64,000 nt of DNA, taken from Candidatus Cloacimonadales bacterium. GTDB taxonomy: Bacteria > Cloacimonadota > Cloacimonadia > Cloacimonadales > JAIOQZ01. The notes beneath the pieces were generated by a model that made no database searches, had not been told where the DNA came from, and saw only the letters and a list, made by a program, of their open reading frames with translations. Position numbers and translations under genes: made by a program. Below, in pieces: positions 28,617 through 39,564 of the stretch (the first letter of the stretch is position 1; each line of letters opens with the position of its first letter). The stretch lies in assembly GCA_963665815.1 (NCBI GenBank), contig OY762463.1:2560001-2624000 (forward strand), given 5' to 3'.

Positions 28617-31502
28617 CTATTTCATTATAACGAACTTTCTTACTTTCTCGGACTTCCCAGATTTCAGTTTAGCAAAGTAAACTCCACTTGAAACAGATTT
28701 ACTTCTTTTGTCTTTCATATCCCATACCAAAGTATTACCTGTCTCACAATCCATAATTCTACTGTAAACCTGCTGACCTTTAATATTGTATATTTTTAGT
28801 TCAGCTCTGCTGGCCTCTATATTCTTCATACTGAACTTAACCTGATTTCCAGATACTGGATTTCCTGAGACATAGAAGTCCAGACCTTTAATTTCGGGAT
28901 TCTCTAATTCTTTAACAGAAACCTCTTCCCCGAGATAGTTCAGTATATAGTCCATATACTCATTAGTACCGTCTGGTGTAGTGTAATACAATGGAAAACC
29001 AAAAAGAATAATATGATTTCCCAAATCATATTCTTTATGGAATACAACATATTCATTCTCATATTCAGAATTATCACCATGAAACTTTAGTCTCACCAAG
29101 CCATCGCTTTCGGTTTCATCATTAAAAATGATTGTGTTGTTAAGTAAGTTGTTCCAGCTCGGATCCAGCTTTGACGGATCAAGAGTAAGATTATAACTTC
29201 CATTAGCTGCATAAGAAAAATCTCTGCTCAGGTTCAGCTCGATGTTTTCAGATATACCAAGCAGACTGTATATGTTTCTATCTATATAGTCTACTGTTTC
29301 CCAACCGGAAATTATCAAATTTCCACCACCGGCGACATAACCGGCAAGTAATATCTGGTATTCATCAATCTTCTTCATCGCACTCTCATCATCATGCACA
29401 ATGACGGTAGAGTATTGTCCAAGTATATCAAGACTTAATGAATCTCCACCATTATAATCAAGCTCTGTAATTCCTGAATCTATTATTCTATCGTAGAAAT
29501 AATCACAAGCAGAATCAGATGGAAAACCGGGAACATTATCTATATCGATAGTTTCATCAACAATCAGTATACCCTGATCCATTGTGAAATTAACCGGTGC
29601 TGCTGACATGATATTTGAGTATGCACCGTAAAACCCGTTCTTAACAGCAGCAATCATGTATTCATATTCGGTTCCTGAAACTGCTTCACTATCTATATAG
29701 TAGCTTTCTGTAACAGGCAGATCGTTCATCAAAACAAATTCAGTTTCAGTATCACTTCTTCTGTACACATTATAACCATCAATCTCGAACATATCTAACT
29801 GATCATTCCAATCAATCATAACTGCATTATTGGAAGCATATACATTGTTCAATGTTATTTCGTATGATCTTTTTCCAGTATTTATCACTAAATTTTCTTC
29901 ATCAAGAACACTTAACAGAGCGACATTACTCATTGAAAAAGTTTGAGGATTATCAGGAATATCCGGAACTGCTTTAACAATAATAGTATCAACGCTTGAA
30001 TCCGTATTATGAACATGCAAAGGCAAAAATATGTTAAATTGTGTCTGAGTTGTGGATTCTGTTTTAATAACAGGCATGATTTCGTCTGTATCATAGTTAT
30101 ATAGGACAATATATTTGAAACTTGGAAGTCCATCACTGAAAATCCACTGGTTGAAAAATTCGTCTACATCAGATTCTACTACACTCGTTTCACGTTTTAC
30201 GAGATCAATAAATTCCTGAGTAATAACATTCTGGTTACTATACTCATTAAACCAGGTCTGAAGTATATGCTTGAATGAATCTTCTCCAACCCAGGCACGT
30301 AATGCAAGAAGCACTGAAGCTGCTTTTTCATAGCTTGGAGGAGCAAAGAATTCGCTGTAGACAGGATCATAAATTATTCTCGGTCCATTAGAGTTAGTCC
30401 ATTGCTTGTAGACATTATGAATATTATCTTCTATATAATCCAGCATACTCTCATGTCCGTATCGAGCTTCATCATAGACTGCTTCTGAAAGTACTGCAAA
30501 ACCTTCTGAAAGCCATACATCCTTCCATGTCAATGGGGTAAGAGAGTTACCAAACCACTGGTGAGACAATTCATGTGCAATAGTGTGTTCTCCCCCGCTC
30601 TGACCATCAATTACATTTATTCCGAGGGTAGTCATCGTCTGATGCTCCATTGCTCCAAATGTCTGAATAGGAACAACAGTGTTACCATATTTTTCAAAAG
30701 GATATGCACCGTAATAATCACTGTAAGTATCTATCATAAATGGCATATCAGCAAAGTCGTGAGTTGCTTCGGTCAGAATATTATCTGTAACAAAATTCTG
30801 AATAGGAAGTCCATTATGCGTATTGCTGAGTTCATTAAAATCAGCTGCTGTTATACACGCAACATGCAGTGCAACAGGATCACTGCTTGACCAGTGATGG
30901 ATTCTTTTGTTTTCGGTAGTTACATCTTCTATACCAGTTCTTAAACCATTACATGCGACGAGCCAGTCATCCCTTATCTTTACGTGATAATCAATTGTAG
31001 CTTTATCCCATGGATGGTCATATGCAGGCATCCACCATCTTACTCCACTCGGATCAGACATAGTATAAGCATAAGTGTTTGAAATTGTCAAACCAAGATT
31101 ATAACCATCATTACTCATAACAGGTGTCCCGTTATATGTTATTTCAACACTAAAGTTTGATCCATTTGAAATGCTTACAGGAATACTTATTACATGACTA
31201 TCAAAATTGAAAGTTGCAGTAACATTATCTACTTTAACATCAATCACATTCAATTGCTCAAGTTCAAGTTCTACTAATGACAAATCAGCATTTGTTACAG
31301 CATCCATAGTCATTACGCCATATATTGAATCATTCATACTAATATCGATTTCCAGATCGTAATGCAATACATCAAATCCATGCAATGAATCAGCTCTATC
31401 GAAATTTGTATTTTCACGTGAATCATTTAAATAGTTATAATTTTTAGAAAGTAGAAATGAGAATACAAAAAGTAAGACAATTAAAAAAGCAGTTTTTTTC
31501 AC
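28617..31502 (-). CDS. Secreted M1 aminopeptidase with FN3-like and FlgD-Ig/T9SS-type C-terminal domains
   Basis: Signal peptide, GAMEH, HELSH..WLSEG, GYNVYRR, IYNIKGQ..WD..SSGVYF. Confidence 0.9.
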   Translation of the reverse strand: MKKTAFLIVLLFVFSFLLSKNYNYLNDSRENTNFDRADSLHGFDVLHYDLEIDISMNDSIYGVMTMDAVTNADLSLVELELEQLNVIDVKVDNVTATFNFDSHVISIPVSISNGSNFSVEITYNGTPVMSNDGYNLGLTISNTYAYTMSDPSGVRWWMPAYDHPWDKATIDYHVKIRDDWLVACNGLRTGIEDVTTENKRIHHWSSSDPVALHVACITAADFNELSNTHNGLPIQNFVTDNILTEATHDFADMPFMIDTYSDYYGAYPFEKYGNTVVPIQTFGAMEHQTMTTLGINVIDGQSGGEHTIAHELSHQWFGNSLTPLTWKDVWLSEGFAVLSEAVYDEARYGHESMLDYIEDNIHNVYKQWTNSNGPRIIYDPVYSEFFAPPSYEKAASVLLALRAWVGEDSFKHILQTWFNEYSNQNVITQEFIDLVKRETSVVESDVDEFFNQWIFSDGLPSFKYIVLYNYDTDEIMPVIKTESTTQTQFNIFLPLHVHNTDSSVDTIIVKAVPDIPDNPQTFSMSNVALLSVLDEENLVINTGKRSYEITLNNVYASNNAVMIDWNDQLDMFEIDGYNVYRRSDTETEFVLMNDLPVTESYYIDSEAVSGTEYEYMIAAVKNGFYGAYSNIMSAAPVNFTMDQGILIVDETIDIDNVPGFPSDSACDYFYDRIIDSGITELDYNGGDSLSLDILGQYSTVIVHDDESAMKKIDEYQILLAGYVAGGGNLIISGWETVDYIDRNIYSLLGISENIELNLSRDFSYAANGSYNLTLDPSKLDPSWNNLLNNTIIFNDETESDGLVRLKFHGDNSEYENEYVVFHKEYDLGNHIILFGFPLYYTTPDGTNEYMDYILNYLGEEVSVKELENPEIKGLDFYVSGNPVSGNQVKFSMKNIEASRAELKIYNIKGQQVYSRIMDCETGNTLVWDMKDKRSKSVSSGVYFAKLKSGKSEKVRKFVIMK

Positions 31503-31513
31503 AATACCTCCTT

Positions 31514-32929
31514 TTAAGGCAGTTTATCCCACATTTCAACATCTTCGTTTACCAGATGTCGCTTGAATTTTCTTTTAAAGTCCATTAATTTATGAAGCAG
31601 ATCAATATTTTTATAATCTTCTTCATTATATAAATTGTCAAGTATATCAACAAATTCTCTGTTTCTGTTAATCAGCATTTCGGATTCAGTTGTAAGTACA
31701 GCACTGAATTTTTTATTCTCATATTGAATGAGCGTATTGAAAGAATCTGAAACAGCTTTTAAGTTACTTCTTATCATAGAATGCTTATCCTGAATTATCA
31801 AGTCTTCAAGATCCTCTATTCTTTTAAACAGTTCCTTTACAAATTCATTATAATCGAAATCCCCAATAAGATAAACCGGATTAACCGGTGATTTTGCACC
31901 TGAATTAAGTTTTGTATCATCAATCAATACATTTAACTTTTCCAGAATCATCTTTACTTTTTTATCTTTCATATCAAGAAAATCACTTCTGTCTTCCTGC
32001 AACTCATTGATTGCTTCTTCATATTCAGCTGAAAGATCACCCAGACTTATTCTTTTATCAAAAGACACACTTGAAAGATTTTCAATTCTTTCCCAGAAAT
32101 CAAACACAATTGTATCTATTGATCTCAGTTCCTTTCCCAATAACTCAAAATTCTTCTTTGTATTCAGCAGTTTATCCAGCTTGCTTTCAATATTTTCATC
32201 TTGAGCTATTTCTTTGTACTCATTAACAAATTTGTGTATATAATCATTTTCATTGTTCATTTCAAGTATCATACTTTCAAGATTATCAACCAGAATATCT
32301 TTCTTTTTGCTATCTGTATCTACAACCTTAAGATTCATTATTATCAATTTCAGCTGTTTTCTAAAACTGAGGGCTCTGTTAACATTATCCCGGAGCTTAA
32401 TCATTTCATTGTTCAGCAAAGATACATTCTCACTGATTCTGTTTTCTTTATTGAAAATCATAGAATTGTGAAACTCTTTAAATCCTTCTTCGTATTCTTT
32501 AATGTTTCCTGATATGTTCTTCAGACTTCCGGCAAGATTATTAAAGTACGTATAATCTCCATAAACTTCATTTAACTCTTTTAATGTGTTGTTAATTTCT
32601 ATAGCAGCTGTAAGTAATTCTTTTCTATACTTATTTATAAGATTATCAGATTGCTCAATTCTCTTGAATTTTCTGGATGTTTCACGTAAAACATCATCGG
32701 AGATTTTTAGAAAAACATCTGAAACATAATTTGCATATTCGTTAGTATCGGAACTTTTTTTTACTATCTTTTTAATTTCAAGAACAAGGTTATTCAAGTC
32801 TTCGTACTTATCAGCAATATCAATTTCATCTAAGCTCATTTCACCTTTTTTCAAGGCAGTCTGTATATCCCTGATACTCTTCTTCATCTCATCAAGAGAC
32901 ACATTTACGTCTCGTGCATCTTTCCACAT
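31514..32929 (-). CDS. Coiled-coil hypothetical protein
   Basis: 471 aa, charged helical heptad-like sequence, tightly packed in operon. Confidence 0.75.
   Translation of the reverse strand: MWKDARDVNVSLDEMKKSIRDIQTALKKGEMSLDEIDIADKYEDLNNLVLEIKKIVKKSSDTNEYANYVSDVFLKISDDVLRETSRKFKRIEQSDNLINKYRKELLTAAIEINNTLKELNEVYGDYTYFNNLAGSLKNISGNIKEYEEGFKEFHNSMIFNKENRISENVSLLNNEMIKLRDNVNRALSFRKQLKLIIMNLKVVDTDSKKKDILVDNLESMILEMNNENDYIHKFVNEYKEIAQDENIESKLDKLLNTKKNFELLGKELRSIDTIVFDFWERIENLSSVSFDKRISLGDLSAEYEEAINELQEDRSDFLDMKDKKVKMILEKLNVLIDDTKLNSGAKSPVNPVYLIGDFDYNEFVKELFKRIEDLEDLIIQDKHSMIRSNLKAVSDSFNTLIQYENKKFSAVLTTESEMLINRNREFVDILDNLYNEEDYKNIDLLHKLMDFKRKFKRHLVNEDVEMWDKLP
32678..32693. promoter_or_regulatory. 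Intragenic parS site
   Basis: TGTTTCACGTAAAACA (15/16) with symmetric GA/TC flanks. Confidence 0.7.
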
Positions 32930-32930
32930 A

Positions 32931-33686
32931 TTACGTCCTTATTACTGATTTAATTACTTCTTCAATACTTTTAACGCCTACGACTGTATTTATGCATGGC
33001 CCTTCAGGACGTTCATTCAGCAATCCGTAAACGGGTATAGGAAAAACATCTTTTATTCCATCTACGAGATCTCTTTCACAGGCAACAGCAATAATAAACC
33101 TGGGACGCACATTCATTATAATACGCCTTGCAAGTGTTCCACCTGTTGCAATTGCGAGATTAACACCATATTTCTCTTTCAAAGTTATTATTTCACCAAT
33201 ATTGCATCTTCCGCATTTTACACAGTTTTCAAAGTTATAAGTCAACCTGTAAGGACAATCATAATTCTGAATGCAGTGCGGTAGCAAAATGAGTATTTTA
33301 TCTGGCTTTACTTTTAGTTTTTTAATAAATGAATTGTTTACATGTACAAATGAGTTCCTGATTTTTTCTCTTGATATTCCTATTATCCTGCCGAGAAATA
33401 TGGTTATGGGAAACAAAAACTGTATTGTCAATCTGACAGCAAAAGAAGAAACAAGCAAGTTATATCTGGAATATGAAGTTATAAAAATAAGTAATATTCC
33501 CAGCAATACTATTATATAAAAAATTCTCAATGAAGTTAGAATGACAGTTGCAAAAATAGATGAAATTTCATGAAGACGCGGAGATACAAAATACCATAGA
33601 ATAGTTGTTACAAACATCATCAAAATTAATGATAATGCAAAAAGCAAAAGAAATAAATGCTTATTACTCTTGAATAAACTTCTCAT
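32931..33686 (-). CDS. DUF116 domain membrane protein
   Basis: LLPHCIQ..C, CVKCGRC, ATGGTLAR, AVACERDL, GPCINT; start uncertain. Confidence 0.88.
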   Translation of the reverse strand: MRSLFKSNKHLFLLLFALSLILMMFVTTILWYFVSPRLHEISSIFATVILTSLRIFYIIVLLGILLIFITSYSRYNLLVSSFAVRLTIQFLFPITIFLGRIIGISREKIRNSFVHVNNSFIKKLKVKPDKILILLPHCIQNYDCPYRLTYNFENCVKCGRCNIGEIITLKEKYGVNLAIATGGTLARRIIMNVRPRFIIAVACERDLVDGIKDVFPIPVYGLLNERPEGPCINTVVGVKSIEEVIKSVIRT

Positions 33687-34605
33687 TTTCTGATATTCTT
33701 GCTCCCAGATTAAATTCAAATGATTTCATAATCTTCTTACCTTCTCTTTGAACCTCAGTAACGGATACAACTTTATCCTGACACTTAACCAGAATACCTT
33801 CATCTCTGGTAACTCTCAAAATTGTACCTGGTTCCACATCAGATTCTATATCGGAAGGTCTTACCTTAATCAGCTTAACTCGTTTACCTCTCAATAAGGT
33901 AAATGCTCCAGGTTTAGGCGCATAAGCCCTTATGGTATTCATGATTTCATCAGCCGATTTGCTCCAGTCTATCTGCGCATTGTTAAATATCTTTTCACAA
34001 TATGATGCTTCAGAATGATTCTGCTTTTTTAGATAATCAAATCCATCTCTTTTCAGAATCTCAAGTGCAGATATCATATCCTCCGCCCCATGATTCGACA
34101 ATCTGTCATGAAGCATACCATAATCCTCATTAACACCAATCTCCGTTTTCCATTGATAAATTATCGGTCCGGCATCCATTTTTCTTGTCATTCGATATAT
34201 TGTATTTCCAGTAAATTTATCACCGTTAATTATTGCCGAACGTATAGGAGATGCTCCTCTGAAATACGGTAAAAGCGAAGGATGAAGATTCCAACAACCA
34301 TATTTTGGTAAATCCAGTACATTTTTCTTTAAATAACCACCATATGCGGCTGTAATTATCACATCTGGACCAATATCACTAATTTTTTCTAAAACCTCGT
34401 CAGAATTAATATTTGAAGGCTGGATTATCTCAAGACCAAGCTCAATACCCGTTTTTTTTACTTCAGGAAAGCTAATTTTCTGCTTTCTTCCCTTTTTTTT
34501 GTCAGGCTGAGTAATTATTAACTCTATTGAATATTTCTCATTAAGAATTTTTAAAACTGGAACTGAAAACTCAGGAGTACCACAAAAAATTATTTTATTG
34601 ATCAT
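33664..34605 (-). CDS. fmt: Methionyl-tRNA formyltransferase
   Basis: FCGTPEFS, NLHPSLLP.FRGASPI, MDAGPI. Confidence 0.97.
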   Translation of the reverse strand: MINKIIFCGTPEFSVPVLKILNEKYSIELIITQPDKKKGRKQKISFPEVKKTGIELGLEIIQPSNINSDEVLEKISDIGPDVIITAAYGGYLKKNVLDLPKYGCWNLHPSLLPYFRGASPIRSAIINGDKFTGNTIYRMTRKMDAGPIIYQWKTEIGVNEDYGMLHDRLSNHGAEDMISALEILKRDGFDYLKKQNHSEASYCEKIFNNAQIDWSKSADEIMNTIRAYAPKPGAFTLLRGKRVKLIKVRPSDIESDVEPGTILRVTRDEGILVKCQDKVVSVTEVQREGKKIMKSFEFNLGARISENEKFIQE

Positions 34606-35164
34606 AAACGCGAATATTATTACCGTCAGAATCTGTTGTACTTTCTATTTGACGAATTTTCTTTTTTAATGGAATTAATTTTAACTTAGACAATCTTTGA
34701 GTAAATAAAATACCATCAAGGTGATCATTTTCATGCTGTAGAACAACACCAAAGTATTCTTCAGCTTCAATGACGAATTCTTTACCTTCAATATTCTGAG
34801 CTTTCATGACTACTTTATTTGCTCGTTTCACATCTTCGTAGATTCCCGGGAGACTCAGACAGCCTTCCTGGTATGTATAAACACCTTCGCTTTCCAGGAT
34901 TTCAGGATTTATGAATACCAGCGGATTCTTTTTCTTTGTCTCGAAATACATAGGATCCACAACAAAGATTCTTTTAGAAACACCAACCTGAGGAGCAGCT
35001 AAACCTGCCCCGTCTTTGATATACATTGTATGAAGCATATCTTCAACAAACTCTCTGAGATCCTGATTGAACTCAGTTACAGGTTCAGCTACCAGATTGA
35101 GGACCTTATCCCCAATCATTCTGATATCGAGTAATTTAGGATTTCTCTTCGTTTTTTTCTTCAT
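34595..35164 (-). CDS. def: Peptide deformylase
   Basis: GAGLAAPQVG, EGCLS, QHENDH. Confidence 0.97.
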   Translation of the reverse strand: MKKKTKRNPKLLDIRMIGDKVLNLVAEPVTEFNQDLREFVEDMLHTMYIKDGAGLAAPQVGVSKRIFVVDPMYFETKKKNPLVFINPEILESEGVYTYQEGCLSLPGIYEDVKRANKVVMKAQNIEGKEFVIEAEEYFGVVLQHENDHLDGILFTQRLSKLKLIPLKKKIRQIESTTDSDGNNIRVYDQ

Positions 35165-35549
35165 TCATTACTCCTGCAATTGCTTGTCTTTGAAACTCTA
35201 TTTTTGTATTAGTAGTATCATCAACTCTGACCACAACAGTATTCTTATCTTTTTTAATATTAACTACTTTTCCAATCATACCGGCATTAGTTACAACAAC
35301 ATCATTGATTTTAAGAGCATTCTGCATCTCATCAACTTTTTTCTGCTGTTTTTTCTGTGGCCTAATAATAAGAAAATAAAAAGAGAGAATTATAACACCA
35401 AACATAATAAATGTGAAATATGGTGATTGTTGAGGTTTTTTAGCAGTATCCTGAACTTCATCAACAGGTGCATCAGGGTCAATATCCTGTGCAAAAAGAA
35501 CAGGGCTTATTAGTAATATAGCAATTACAAAAAACATTAAATATTTCAT
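35136..35549 (-). CDS. yajC: Preprotein translocase subunit YajC with N-terminal extension
   Basis: FYFLIIRPQKKQQK, DVVVTNAGMIGKV. Confidence 0.93.
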   Translation of the reverse strand: MKYLMFFVIAILLISPVLFAQDIDPDAPVDEVQDTAKKPQQSPYFTFIMFGVIILSFYFLIIRPQKKQQKKVDEMQNALKINDVVVTNAGMIGKVVNIKKDKNTVVVRVDDTTNTKIEFQRQAIAGVMNEEKNEEKS

Positions 35550-35558
35550 TTTATCTCC

Positions 35559-36041
35559 TTAGACTAATTTTTCTATAAATGGTATTAATAATAACAAACG
35601 TATTATTATGTTAGATACAAAACCTGCAAGTAAATCATCTGCCATAATTCCGTAACCACCTCTTAAGTCTTGTATCTTATTTATTGGATAAGGCTTGAGA
35701 ATATCAAATATTCTGAAAAGCACAAATCCAGCTATCATAACGAACAGACTTTTTGGAAGCAGAATTACTGACAAGTAATAACCTGCAAATTCGTCAATTA
35801 TAATTCTTTTATCATCATGACCAAGTGATTTCTCCGCTTCAAATGCAGAGATAGTTCCAATTACACTTATAAACGCAACACCGGTTAAACTGAGATACCA
35901 GTATTCCCCATACATGGAAAGAACTGATTCAGGAATAAGCCAGTAGAAACATAAAGCAAAGAGGCTGCCGAAAGTTCCGGGAGCCACTGGAAAATAACCT
36001 GTACCAAAGCAGGTTGATATAAATATACTTAATTTACGCAC
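35559..36041 (-). CDS. pgpA: Phosphatidylglycerophosphatase A
   Basis: APGTFGS, IIIDEFAG, FRIFDILKP, GIMADDLLAG. Confidence 0.95.
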   Translation of the reverse strand: MRKLSIFISTCFGTGYFPVAPGTFGSLFALCFYWLIPESVLSMYGEYWYLSLTGVAFISVIGTISAFEAEKSLGHDDKRIIIDEFAGYYLSVILLPKSLFVMIAGFVLFRIFDILKPYPINKIQDLRGGYGIMADDLLAGFVSNIIIRLLLLIPFIEKLV

Positions 36042-37301
36042 TTACAGTAAAACCTCTATAAATTTCTCACTTTTCAATTCTTCAATAAGCTCTCTGTATA
36101 GCTCTTCCTGCTTTTTAGAAGTCACAGCTGATCTTAATTGATCTTCCAATTCATTGAACTTGAATTTTCTTTCAGGAATCTTTTCAATTTTCGTAAGTAT
36201 GTAGAAAATATCGCCTTCATTTACTACTTCAGAATATTCACCATAACCAAGTTTATTCAATCTTTCTTTGAAAAGCTCAGGGTATTCATCCTTTGAAAAC
36301 TCACCCATAACTCCACCTTTTACAGCGGTAGAATCATCTTCGGAGAATTTAGCAGCAATTTCAGCAAAGTCTCCCCCATCTCTCAATTGCTTTAAAAGAT
36401 TATTCATGAGAATTCTTTCAGCTTCATAGTCGTTCTCAGATTTCTCAAGTTTCTTAAGTATATGTTGTACTTTGATTTCTCCGTCTTTTTTCTCGTTTAC
36501 TTTTATAATATGATAGCCAAACTGAGTTTCAACAATTTCAGAAACTTCACCTTCCATTAATGCAAATGCAGCATCTTCAAAAGGTTTCACAGTTGCTCCT
36601 CTGCTAACAAAACCCAGATCTCCACCATTCTTGCTACTTGGACATTCACTTTCATTTTTTGCAAGTTTATCAAAGCTTTCGCCTTTACGGATTTTTTCCA
36701 GAATTTCATGGATTTCTTTATATTTCTTATCCTTAGTAGCTTTACCAACTTTAACTTCTCTCATAATAAAACCAATTTTATCTTTTTCGGGTCTAAGAGG
36801 TATTGTACTGATATTTTCTCTATAATATTCTTCAATTTCAGCTTCAGTAATATGAACTTTCCTACTTATATTCTGACTGATAATTCTCTGTTTCAGTTCT
36901 TCTTCTCTTATATTTTCAGATATTGTCTGTTTAAGATCAGAAATCTTCATTCCTGCATTTTTCAGCTCTTGATTAAACTCAGCTTCACTTCTGAAACGTC
37001 CTTTAATTTCTTCAAGCTGACTATCTACCTGCTTGAGTATTTTCAGTTCATCAATATTAAAACTCTCTTCCTTTGCCTTCTGAATAACAAGTCTTGTCTC
37101 AATCATGTTGTTAAGAATATCAGCTTCATCAAGTTTGGATTCTTCAATTCCCATACTCTTAAGCTGTGCAATCCTCATTTTTAATTCAGATTCCAGGATA
37201 ATTTCTCTTCCTACTTTTGCTACGATTCTGTCCAGCTCAACAGCATTAAGACCGGTTAATACCAGAATCATTAATAATATAAGCGATTTTAAATGTTTCA
37301 T
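36042..37301 (-). CDS. surA: SurA-like periplasmic parvulin PPIase
   Basis: LDRIVAKVG N-domain; two rotamase domains (GGDLGF, ETQFGYHII). Confidence 0.88.
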   Translation of the reverse strand: MKHLKSLILLMILVLTGLNAVELDRIVAKVGREIILESELKMRIAQLKSMGIEESKLDEADILNNMIETRLVIQKAKEESFNIDELKILKQVDSQLEEIKGRFRSEAEFNQELKNAGMKISDLKQTISENIREEELKQRIISQNISRKVHITEAEIEEYYRENISTIPLRPEKDKIGFIMREVKVGKATKDKKYKEIHEILEKIRKGESFDKLAKNESECPSSKNGGDLGFVSRGATVKPFEDAAFALMEGEVSEIVETQFGYHIIKVNEKKDGEIKVQHILKKLEKSENDYEAERILMNNLLKQLRDGGDFAEIAAKFSEDDSTAVKGGVMGEFSKDEYPELFKERLNKLGYGEYSEVVNEGDIFYILTKIEKIPERKFKFNELEDQLRSAVTSKKQEELYRELIEELKSEKFIEVLL

Positions 37302-38122
37302 AAAGCCCCCATAATTTCGATATCTGCACTTTCTTTCAAGTCATCTAATTTATTATTTATAATATCTTTCTGTTTCAATGCCATGAGTGTTTCCTCAATT
37401 TCTTCTTTCACGTTATTATATTCTTTTACAGCTTCAATTTTCCTGTTATCATAATATCTTACTATCTCATAATGATCAGGTAATTCAACATAACCGTAAT
37501 AATATTTTCCCTTTAATTCACCAAGTTTATTCCATACTATAGGATCAAGATCTTTTCTCGATTTGAATCCAAGATATCCGTCTTTGGAAGCCATATTATC
37601 TTCAGAATATCTTCTCGCTGCATCTTTGAATTTCATTCCAGCATTAAGGCTATCAAGAACAATCTTAAGCTTGCTTTTATTTTTGATCGTTATTCTCTGA
37701 ACTTTATACTGTGTCACCATATGAGCAAAATCTGCAGAATGAGCTCTGTAATATGAAAACTTTTCTTCCTCTGTCAGTTCAAAATCACTTAAAAAAGAGT
37801 TTATATATGAATTAGCAAGAATTTTTGTTCCGGCATTTTCAATCTTCTTCTTAATCACATGATTATCATTATAACCGAGTTCAATGCTCTTAAGAGCAAA
37901 AAGTTGAAGAGAAATCCAGTTGTCAATAAATCCCGATTTATCCTTTTGTTTCATTTGCTTCCAGTCATTCATTCCTATCATGGAATCAATATCCTGTAAG
38001 GTAAGATAAGAATTATTTACTCGGGCAATAAAGTTTTCAGGTACTTCTTCTTTTTTACCACAGCCTGATATTACCAGTACTATAGTAATAATTAACAGAA
38101 AAAATGCAGTATGTTTCATCAT
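37298..38122 (-). CDS. PrsA/parvulin-like lipoprotein
   Basis: Lipobox ISGC, IARVNN, FKDAARRYSED..DGYLG. Confidence 0.8.
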   Translation of the reverse strand: MMKHTAFFLLIITIVLVISGCGKKEEVPENFIARVNNSYLTLQDIDSMIGMNDWKQMKQKDKSGFIDNWISLQLFALKSIELGYNDNHVIKKKIENAGTKILANSYINSFLSDFELTEEEKFSYYRAHSADFAHMVTQYKVQRITIKNKSKLKIVLDSLNAGMKFKDAARRYSEDNMASKDGYLGFKSRKDLDPIVWNKLGELKGKYYYGYVELPDHYEIVRYYDNRKIEAVKEYNNVKEEIEETLMALKQKDIINNKLDDLKESADIEIMGAL

Positions 38123-39306
38123 TCATTATCCAGATAGTTGGTGTAAATCAGCTCCAGTTTAGGATTTTCAAATTTTATTCTGTTGAAATTTGAACTGGTT
38201 GTTGTTGATCGGATAACAATACCATGATTTGTATAGATATTTGATACAAAATACTGAAGCATAGGACTGATATCAACTGATAACTCAGTATCATCCTTTT
38301 CAAATTCAGAAATTTTTATTCTTGATAACAAAGTGAAATGTGTACCTATTTCTAACGGTACCTGCATTGTATCAGGATCTACATAAACCATGTAAGCTAC
38401 CAGATTAACATTTGATGTTGATATATCAGTTTCAAGAGGGTCTATATCGAAAACAAGTCTTGCTGAATTAATTGCAACTTGCTTCATATTTACAGTGTCA
38501 TTTACAATTCCATTAGCCTGAAATAGACTGTCGCTGAAATCAATATTCAGATAAACTGATTGAGGTAAAATGTTTTGTATCTTTAATTCATCGATTTTTT
38601 CTGTACTGATATCATTAGGAATAATAAAAGCATCAGAAGTAGCATATAGAGTATCAATTATTTCAGAGTCATTTTTAACAACCATCATGGGAATAGAGCT
38701 GCTTTCTGAGGAATAGAATAGAAAATCAGTATCAAATGATTCGGTGTAAAAAGCAAGTCCGAAATTACCTGTTTCAGAACTTAAACTATCTGTTAATTCG
38801 TTATATTGTATATTGATAGTTAAAGTTTCAGTTGAATCAATAATACTTTTTTCGAAATCATATGTAAAATCAAGATCTTCCAGAAATGGATATTCCCAGC
38901 TGTAATTAGAATCTGAAGTTGTATATCTGTATTCATATGAAGATGTAGATTCTGACCAATTTTGATTAATCATTCCACCACTGATATTCATTGAAGAATG
39001 ATCGTCATAATCAGTATTTACTCCTGTGAGAATGATCTCTATATCAGACCACTGAACACTATCGTCAATTGTTGGGAACTTTATTAGTGAATATGTCATT
39101 AAAGTATCAGTTTTACCAATTACCATTGTTGTTGAGTTTTTGTTAACAAAGTTTTCCTGATAAGAATATGATTCGATAATATCAAGATTTTCAATTGTTT
39201 TTTTAACAGGTACTACATTGTTATCAATGTTGCCTGTAATGTTTGATTTATCAGAGCAGGAAAAAATTATTAAAGCTGCTGCTAAAAGAATCAGAATTTT
39301 TTTCAT
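38119..39306 (-). CDS. Hypothetical lipoprotein (DUF4270-like)
   Basis: Lipobox IFSC; FYSSES, INSARLVF, PKLELIYT. Confidence 0.65.
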   Translation of the reverse strand: MKKILILLAAALIIFSCSDKSNITGNIDNNVVPVKKTIENLDIIESYSYQENFVNKNSTTMVIGKTDTLMTYSLIKFPTIDDSVQWSDIEIILTGVNTDYDDHSSMNISGGMINQNWSESTSSYEYRYTTSDSNYSWEYPFLEDLDFTYDFEKSIIDSTETLTINIQYNELTDSLSSETGNFGLAFYTESFDTDFLFYSSESSSIPMMVVKNDSEIIDTLYATSDAFIIPNDISTEKIDELKIQNILPQSVYLNIDFSDSLFQANGIVNDTVNMKQVAINSARLVFDIDPLETDISTSNVNLVAYMVYVDPDTMQVPLEIGTHFTLLSRIKISEFEKDDTELSVDISPMLQYFVSNIYTNHGIVIRSTTTSSNFNRIKFENPKLELIYTNYLDNE

Positions 39307-39309
39307 TAT

Positions 39310-39564
39310 TATTCCTTATTACAATAATATACTATTTAAGATATAAATATAGTTGTAGTAGTAGACAGTGTGTATATGAGTATAACCATGTTTCATTGAT
39401 GATAATTCTCTGTTATGATGTTATTTAGAAAATTATATTTATTCAATTTTGCTTGTGGATAACTCATTTTACTCATTGTGCTTATACACATAACAACTTT
39501 TTTCATATTTTTAAACGCTGTTATCCACATCTTGTTACAGTTGTCAATGTGAATATGTGGATAA
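39310..39564 (-). other. oriC unwinding region: DnaA boxes, DnaA-trios and AT-rich DUE
   Basis: Boxes at 39454, 39482, 39521, 39556; near-boxes 39369-39385; TAG-TTG-TAG-TAG-TAG at 39350-39364. Confidence 0.9.

Noticed and set aside
30186-30201. parS-like CGTTTCACGTTTTACG
   Set aside because: Too many mismatches; only a half-site
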